DNA of 64,000 bases from Schizochytrium sp. TIO01 (Eukaryota > Protista > Bigyra: Labyrinthulomycetes), in contig SMSO01000031.1 of NCBI GenBank assembly GCA_004764695.1, forward strand, positions 1,464,436 to 1,528,435, written 5' to 3'. Under the pieces are notes generated by a model. That model ran no database searches. It saw only the letters and a list, made by a program, of their open reading frames with translations, and had not been told where the DNA came from. Position numbers and translations under genes: made by a program. Of this stretch, positions 58,101-64,000 are shown piece by piece. How positions within the stretch are numbered: the stretch's first letter is position 1; each line of letters starts with the position of its first letter.

Positions 58101-59062
58101 TTCAACAGAAGAAAACCCACGAAGAGCTGAATGTTGTTGATAATGCAACAGTCCAAAACAAATTCTCAAATGATCTTCAAGAGTCACATTATAAGTTGAG
58201 CCTCGAACGCAAGACGATTGAAATTGAGCGCACGACAATGGAGAATGAGGATTTTCGTTCACATGTGGGCTCGTTGTTGTTATCCGTACGTCAGCTGGAG
58301 TCTGAGATGGATAGCGAACGTGCCGCTTCAGTGAAGGCAGCGCATGGATCAGCCGCATTGGTGAGATCTCTGGAGGGCAAGTTGGAGGAATTGCAGAATG
58401 ACAAAGTGCAATCAATATCCGAGACTGCGCAATTGCGCAAAGCCCTGGAAAAGATACAGACTAAGCTCAAAGAAGTGGAGGACCAAAAGTTTATTGCTCA
58501 AGAACAAGCGAAACAGCTAATGACAATTGCAATGAAGGAAAAAGATGATCGTACAAGGCTCGCAGCTTTCGCACAAACCATGTCTAGTCAGCTTTCGGGT
58601 GCAGAGAATGAGGCGTTTCGTTTACAAAGTCAGTTACAAGACGAAATGTCTCGTCGCGAGTCCCTAGAGCGACAAGCGCTTCAAGTTCGAAATTTGGTAA
58701 GAATGGCTACTGAGCAATGCCAAGCGTGGGAAGGACACATTTATGGGGTTCTTCGTCAATTCGATCATCAAGTAGATGCAATTGATGGCAGGCGGTTAAG
58801 GGTTCAAGAAGCACTTGCTAGACAACGAGATGCGCATGCGAATGCGGAGCGCCGGGCTCAGGCACTTGAAGAGGAAATTCAGAATCTCCGTTCCTTAGCG
58901 CATCCCCGTTGTGTGGTTTGCATGCACGCCCCGGTTACTGTTTGTTATGTTCCGTGTGGACATCGAAGTGTATGTTCTCTCTGTGATCCCAAGCTTGGTG
59001 CATGCCCAGTGTGTCGTTCAGGGATCCGTGAGCGCGTTCGTACTTATGATGCTGGAGTGTAA
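55121..59062 (+). CDS. Large disordered/coiled-coil protein with C-terminal C3HC4 RING finger (putative E3 ubiquitin ligase)
   Basis: ~1313-aa ORF from the first ATG (55121; true start uncertain). Ser-rich and acidic low-complexity regions, a long coiled coil, then CVVC...PCGHRSVCSLC...CPVCR (IAP/BOI-type RING). Confidence 0.85.
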   Translation: MRSEWGSRGERSDASRFGTTAVAPSSKARSPSPARRVRPLKQLALRKRGQRRPEGDDDFRSALCNRLSSASSSSSSLTSLHMHSSMTSSLSSSSFSTSASVSSSSRPVSAFSSLSTLTSSSSSPELAVHLPSQSLLSSAFTSLSSSSATSSSSPYLSAPMPSNSLLADDLHSEPYQARNFAHDGDKGRQVRYEHLHGHYNIHSHHRELYPELARCMLKIDLKLKNSVSAQIKKPPQFRNEKLNSLDVHLDFAASVLAPKSSAKVTIVRLEDQTKEDTYIDLCEEESPVRNTEDQDMSATMTKKSEYQALRKLHQELGDDPMDVDEDENPHTNDDLAKADLPSGADDSVFLDASAPPLESSAQSEQDDMGTVVTPNELEVAGDDRTCNDERKNQRDNVASNDTSAAAMLEVSGEGHRRPPSDAHQNTEGSDDCILKSKSEEEETEEEIGSKDTMKEAIQMHAVESIAEDEKSTREEASNIIVIDDSDIETDEQKEKRSQKQHSQQILNTVVTETETTGLNISSEAVCGKGGEGSIKAVQSNNADPEHPEKSMQSSQAQNLTASSSSSLLFPDLKTKSALTPVKYKKKNRPSSSGISTPISTNQKDKGSHRAPLSSNKRKSRLRDHDDRSSTDENHERNNSNQESVSVDDHLHQHKRRTPAKVDKTLSAKQRRKVSSSSSSSTLPFAPSTPDRLAAAKSSLTSLHSLSSSISGQTDPPKSMPTSVPFTLDVLNERSDSTKVTHAESPPLSTKVNVVLTKLKSITSGEHESKNHDSIDEGALENHMKRPANGQYSHKSEDSTNEERDSSTSNIENKAGARISNSSNTKALERNSELCMESESRERVGVNQVLPQENVTDRKESNHSQNPLDKELNVGDSKGGRVSGNSSVASTSPTHTRDSPQDVRDDATDAAPFSTPIARGDCDIENDGVKQENPSETRELPAANEGVTKNAESSCHQNSQHCERSSVADSCLRSTEETEISLNEDEVEKEEGNEFQQKKTHEELNVVDNATVQNKFSNDLQESHYKLSLERKTIEIERTTMENEDFRSHVGSLLLSVRQLESEMDSERAASVKAAHGSAALVRSLEGKLEELQNDKVQSISETAQLRKALEKIQTKLKEVEDQKFIAQEQAKQLMTIAMKEKDDRTRLAAFAQTMSSQLSGAENEAFRLQSQLQDEMSRRESLERQALQVRNLVRMATEQCQAWEGHIYGVLRQFDHQVDAIDGRRLRVQEALARQRDAHANAERRAQALEEEIQNLRSLAHPRCVVCMHAPVTVCYVPCGHRSVCSLCDPKLGACPVCRSGIRERVRTYDAGV

Positions 59063-59619
59063 CCTTGTCATTGTCTCCATCCCTTTTATGATTGTCTGAA
59101 CATACTACCGCGAAGGTCTTGTGACGAATTGATTAATGGAGATAGCACAGACATTGCAAAGAGAAACTCGGACTTTGCAAGAACTGATGCTCACTATAGT
59201 GCAAAAGGGGGTCTATATTGTAGGAGCAGTTGTGAGAACAGCTACATCTGTCTTTTTTTTGTGTGTGAAAAGTAAGTCCTCGTGAATGAATATTTTTAAA
59301 GAGTATCAGGCCTTCCTTGATAATTCTATTAGATTCATTGATCTATTGTAACGCATAGATTATTATCGCAGCACAGTGCTCAAGTTAAGCCTCAGATGCT
59401 ATGTGCTAGAGATGAAAGCACTGGCCGCAATTTTGTAGTGCTGGCCTGACATTAAAGTTGATTTTTAAAAACAACGAAATATAAACAAGGTATTGGTTTG
59501 TGCTATGTTAGATTGGCAAGCTGCAGCAGTTTGCCATGAGTTGTTTTGTGCTATAAATTTTAATATTGTTTTTTTTTGTTTTTGGTTCTAGAATTGGGTG
59601 GGTGAGTTGGTGTACGTAT

Positions 59620-60684
59620 TTAGTTTTTTTTTTGTTGGAGCTTGTTAAGGCGTTTCCAGATAGGGTGGTCTTCTGAGAGGTCGAGCTGCTCAAAGCGGGC
59701 CTCGAGGTGAGCACTGGCCTTGGAGTCAAGCTTGAAGCCGAAGAAGTCGAAGATGTTGAAGAAGCGCTCAACTGCCTCCGGCTTGATGTTGGAACGGAAA
59801 GAGATAGTCTCGCTGACGGCTGCCTCGAGTCCGGCCGGGACCAGCTTGCGGGCGTCCTCCTGAGAAGTTCCCTGGCGCTCGAACATCTTCATCATGTTCT
59901 CAAAAGCAGAGATGGTGTGGAAGATACTGGCACCCTGGAATCGAGAGGCCTCAAAGCTCTTAAGAAAGGCCTCGAGGGTTGCCTTGCTGAGAACAATATC
60001 CTGACGCAGGCAGCCCCAGAGAGCGTCGGACGCCCAGCCGACCTGGAATTTATCCGCACGAGACTCAATCTCAGCTGCCACGAGATCTGCAATCGGGGTT
60101 CCCGACGGTGCGTGTGCCTTGAGGTCTACACCAAACTTTGAAGCACCATCGAGGAAGATGGAAATGAACTTGGGCCTGAAGTCCTTCTCGCGAAGACGCA
60201 CATCCGCAGCATACATGAGTGTGTCCACCACGCGGTCATCGTGGCCCTCCGTAGCGCGCTTAGATGCAGGGAGCTGCGCTGTACGCACAGCGAGAGAGCG
60301 AATGGCGCTCGCAACGCAAGCGCCATCGAGCTGTTGAGCATACTGCAAGACAGCACCCTGGAGCGATGCCAGGCGGCCCTTCTCTTCGTAGGTCACAAAC
60401 TTGTGATGCAGACGCACAGGCTGAATGGGCTTGACACGGTAAGGAGCAGTGCCACGGTTCTTCTCTGTACGCCGAGCAGCCTTGAGCTGCGCAGGGGTGC
60501 CCTCAGGCTTAATGCGGCCATCGACATGAGACGGACGCAACCAGGGAGCAACGCCAGAAGGAAGAGGGAGAGGCGCAGGCGCAGGGCGCTTCGGCACGCG
60601 GTGCACGGCCTTGGAGAAGTGTCTGCATCCGGAGACCGGTGCAGACTCCAGGGAGCGCGGGCTCAGCCGCAGCAGGGAGAACAT
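59620..60684 (-). CDS. Mitochondrion-targeted helical-repeat (OPR/HPR-like) putative RNA-binding protein (354 aa)
   Basis: Start context gcaaccATG. Presequence-like MFSLLRLSPRSL...CRHFSK; repeats such as FRPKFISIFLDGASKFG, FQVGWASDALWGCLRQD and FQGASIFHTISAF; biased codons. The family call is tentative. Confidence 0.7.
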   Translation of the reverse strand: MFSLLRLSPRSLESAPVSGCRHFSKAVHRVPKRPAPAPLPLPSGVAPWLRPSHVDGRIKPEGTPAQLKAARRTEKNRGTAPYRVKPIQPVRLHHKFVTYEEKGRLASLQGAVLQYAQQLDGACVASAIRSLAVRTAQLPASKRATEGHDDRVVDTLMYAADVRLREKDFRPKFISIFLDGASKFGVDLKAHAPSGTPIADLVAAEIESRADKFQVGWASDALWGCLRQDIVLSKATLEAFLKSFEASRFQGASIFHTISAFENMMKMFERQGTSQEDARKLVPAGLEAAVSETISFRSNIKPEAVERFFNIFDFFGFKLDSKASAHLEARFEQLDLSEDHPIWKRLNKLQQKKN

Positions 60685-62127
60685 GGTTGCAAAGGGGATT
60701 TGAAGTAGTGAATATGAGCAATCCAGTAAATCAACACAAAGCACGTAGCTAGGGACGCAGCAAGAGTTCGCAGAAGACGTAAGACCTCCTGCCTTCTTGC
60801 CGCTTCTGCTGCCTGCCTGCCTGCCTGCCTGGGCTTGCTTTACCTGCTGCGCTCCGGTTTGTGCGTCCTTCTCTCGCGCAGAAGAGGCTGGCAAACCAGC
60901 AGGCCAAGGCGCCGCAGCGGCTATAACCTACTTGTGCACTTCTATAACCCACTTGATAGGCGCTTTGTTAAATAGAGAATGCCTATACCCCACTTTAAGG
61001 AGGCCTATTAAACAGAGGGTAACGCAGGGAACATTCCCGCGAGCGGAAGCCGTAAACTAGTGGCAGGCAGGTAAGTAGATAATGTAGTATCTATGGTACA
61101 ATAGGCATAAGAGGGAGAGAGATGTAATAGCAGTTTGTGTACCAATGCGTATGAAGGATGTTAGACAGGTCAGGTAGTGATGCATTGTGATAGCTTCAGG
61201 TTGTGTATGCATCGCGATGGTGTTGCACCAGGGTAGGTAGGTAGTGACCTACTTGGTAAGCATGAAGATTCATGAAGCGACATTCTGTAATTTGTATCAG
61301 CATAGAGAAGAAGGTTTGTGACGAGTGGAGAAGCACGAAATGTGGGTCATGAACTATTATTATATGAGGAGAAATGAGAACCAAGCTTTGGGAATGACAG
61401 TGAAAAAGGTGGCTTTCTGCGGCTAAGGTGGATTCTTGTTATGGTTTGACGTGAATATGGAATGCAAAATGTTGTAGAAAATGCTGAAGAGAGCCAAAGA
61501 GAATTCTTGCAAAGAAAAAGTGCCTTGTAAATATAAAATCATCACCAAGAATGATTCTGTTGGGTGCCCATTCACATCTTGGCAAGGAAAGTGTTGTGTT
61601 CTTCTAGACAGATCAAAAATATGTAGTTATTCTGATATAATGATTTTAGTCACATGACTTGGATGCGATGCAGACGCCACTGTAAACAGTGCGAGAAATG
61701 GAATATGGTGTAACAGTGGCTAGTCACTGCACATCCAAACCAAATTCTTTGCCAGCGACACATGTTGCACACAAAAAATGTATTTAAGAATAGGAAGAGA
61801 AAAGGGGAGAATAATAAAGGGCAAGGCGTAAAGCTTTCTTTATATTCCAAATTGTACTTCATCGCAATCGCACAGTCATCATGCAATGCACACTCCAATT
61901 GTTCGAGTTTTATTCTCAGAAAATTAGATTACAGATGGGAATTAGGAGTTCGTTTCTCTCTGTCTTTGTTGCACTTGTGCGAGAAACGGTATGCAAGCTG
62001 TCCGAGAGAGAGAGGTTGAGTCAAGAAGTTCAAGATAACTATTGAGCGAGATCTCAATGAGAAACATTTAAAAAAAAAGGGTCAAGTGAACGGGAAGGGT
62101 TTTATGGGTTTCTGATTAATGTGTTGC

Positions 62128-62523
62128 TCAGGCAAGCGGGTTGTACAGCTTGAAGTGGAGGTCGAGCTCGGGAACGTAGTTCACCTCGCCAGCGACGACG
62201 TTGAACCAGATGGGGCCATCCTGGCCCTTGGGGCAGACACCGACGGTGCGGGAGTCGAGCTCAGAGGGGACCATGACCGGGTTCTCGAAGGTACCCTGGC
62301 CCTTCTCCATCTGGACGGGCTGACGGTTGAAGTACTCGCGGCCCTCGGCGAAGGCCTTGAGCTCCTCACGCTCACGGCCGGTAGCCTGCTCGGCATCATC
62401 AGCGATGTAGCCGGGCTTGCCACCAGGGCCCTGGGAGAGAGGGGGCTGCTTGTAGCCAGCAAGGGTGCGGACCTGCATGCGGGCGCCCATGCGCATGGTG
62501 TTGGAGCTTGCCAAGCGGAGCAT
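62128..62523 (-). CDS. COX5B: Cytochrome c oxidase subunit 5B (131 aa)
   Basis: Mitochondrial presequence MLRLASSNTMRMGARMQVRTLA; motifs EQATGREREE, GTFENPVMVPS...RTVG, WF and HFKL; start context acaaaATG. Confidence 0.88.
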   Translation of the reverse strand: MLRLASSNTMRMGARMQVRTLAGYKQPPLSQGPGGKPGYIADDAEQATGREREELKAFAEGREYFNRQPVQMEKGQGTFENPVMVPSELDSRTVGVCPKGQDGPIWFNVVAGEVNYVPELDLHFKLYNPLA

Positions 62524-62550
62524 TTTGTTAAAAGTTGGGAGGATATACAC

Positions 62551-62560
62551 CTAAAAAACG
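62551..62560 (-). other. Probable 3' splice acceptor of a 5'-UTR intron of COX5B
   Basis: Minus strand reads cttcgtccgttttttAG|gtgtatatcc, 27 nt upstream of the ATG. Confidence 0.45.
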
Positions 62561-64000
62561 GACGAAGACTGTATTTTCAATAATTTCACATTTTGTATTC
62601 ATCAACACATTGTTAGTAAACCACCCGAGATCATCTCAATTAAAAAATATATATATACATTTTCGATTCCACTCCATCAACCTTCCCCCCAGCAGCAGTG
62701 CATCCCAGAATGAGACCTAAAGATGACCAAAGACTCAAGAATCTTCTGTAGCAGCACAAGCAGACCAACTTGGAACACGAATCTATCGTTCTCACTATCC
62801 AGTCGAAAGACCACGCAACAATCATCCTCTGACATACAACCCCAGTCAATTAGGGCAAGCCACCTTTTGACCAGTACATACATCTGAATCATGCATAATA
62901 ATCGTAATAGATAGCCAGCGAACACGCACGAATTCCATCACTTCAACCGCCTACAAGAGCTTTTCAGGCTCACAAAGGCAGAGAATAAGATCATCACGAG
63001 AGGTAATTCTTGCAGCGCCGGAGTCTTCGATGCATCTGGTTGCAGTGAGTCCTCGCACGCAATCTATATCAATACAAAAAATGTATGTCGATATCATTGC
63101 TAATGGATAGTGATAATAGTAATAATACACAAAGTCTCGCCTGCTTATTCCTACTATCAAAAAAATTCATGGATTGCCCACAAGTGGCCACTTCGGGCCT
63201 CGCGAAGGCACAGAGACCGGCGTAGACGAAACCCAGGCCTCACCAAAGCTCCTGATAGTCTCAATTGCGGCTGGAGTCCGGATAGAGCGCCAGGGAGACG
63301 CTGGGCAGCTTCCATAGCAGCCATGAGGCACCAAGGCCACTAGTAGCGAAGCGTCCGGCGCCTCATGAGCGGCCTGCAGCTCATGGCAGCGGGTGCGGCG
63401 CAGTATGCGAGTTGAAGGAAGGGAGGTCGATAATGGAGGCCCTCGCGCAACACGCAGCGAGCGCGAGGGCGAAGGCCTGCGAGCGAACGTACGGCGGACG
63501 TGAGCGAAAACGGAGTTTAGCTGCTAAGCAGGTGCCAGCTAGTGCAGTCAAACTGAGGCCGCAGAAATCAGCCTCAGTGACGTCTCCTCACGGTGCAGAA
63601 AACTTTCTCCCAGTGGCGGAAGGTTTGGTGGCCCCTCCCATTCCCACTGGTCCTTAAAACCATGGAGTACTCCCTCTCGGCTAAATATATACCCAAACAA
63701 AATGGGCAATCTCTGCTACATTTTACCGAGAGGGACACCACTCGGAACAACCTTCAGGGAATAGGGGCGTTAGGGTGCCCTAGTGGAAAGATTTTGCATT
63801 GAAATGTTCGTTTGACTCACTCACTCTCAATCGTCCACGAAGCCATCAATGGATCTCTGATCAATCCGCGCGTAACCCGCCAGTGGCCGCACTCCGGCCC
63901 AGTTTTAGCAGCCGTATCTCAGCTGCCCATCTGCCAGCTCTCCGCCTGCTCCACCATGGTCAACCTTCTCCCGCAATTGCAGCGCTGAGGATTTATCCGC

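Noticed and set aside
63956-63988. ccaccATGG strong start context at the window end
   Set aside because: Stop after 10 codons; cannot be evaluated without downstream sequence.

Overview
Eukaryotic genomic DNA, very probably from a thraustochytrid (Aurantiochytrium/Schizochytrium-like labyrinthulomycete). The basis is a PUFA-synthase subunit C (PFA3/OrfC), largely intron-free genes and microsatellite-rich intergenic DNA. Left to right: (1) a TTC27/EMW1-like TPR gene; (2) a coiled-coil gene; (3) PFA3 (2 DH + ER) on the minus strand; (4) about 10 kb of gene-poor, SSR-rich DNA upstream of PFA3, containing a hairpin-dense ~450-nt island; (5) a tandemly duplicated armadillo-repeat locus with one intact copy, one copy carrying a 1-bp frameshift, and decayed relics, in which the caps are conserved and the 45-aa internal modules are variable and shuffled; (6) a gene-poor/pseudogene stretch; (7) a 14-kb array of eight ~1.78-kb units, each with a nearly identical 11-mer-repeat (group 3 LEA-like) gene, diverged mosaic spacers, conserved upstream blocks and a conserved 3' stem-loop; (8) a large disordered coiled-coil RING E3 ligase; (9) a mitochondrial helical-repeat (OPR/HPR-like) protein; (10) a COX5B lacking its C-terminal zinc ligands. 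No rRNA, tRNA, CRISPR or intact transposon was recognised.
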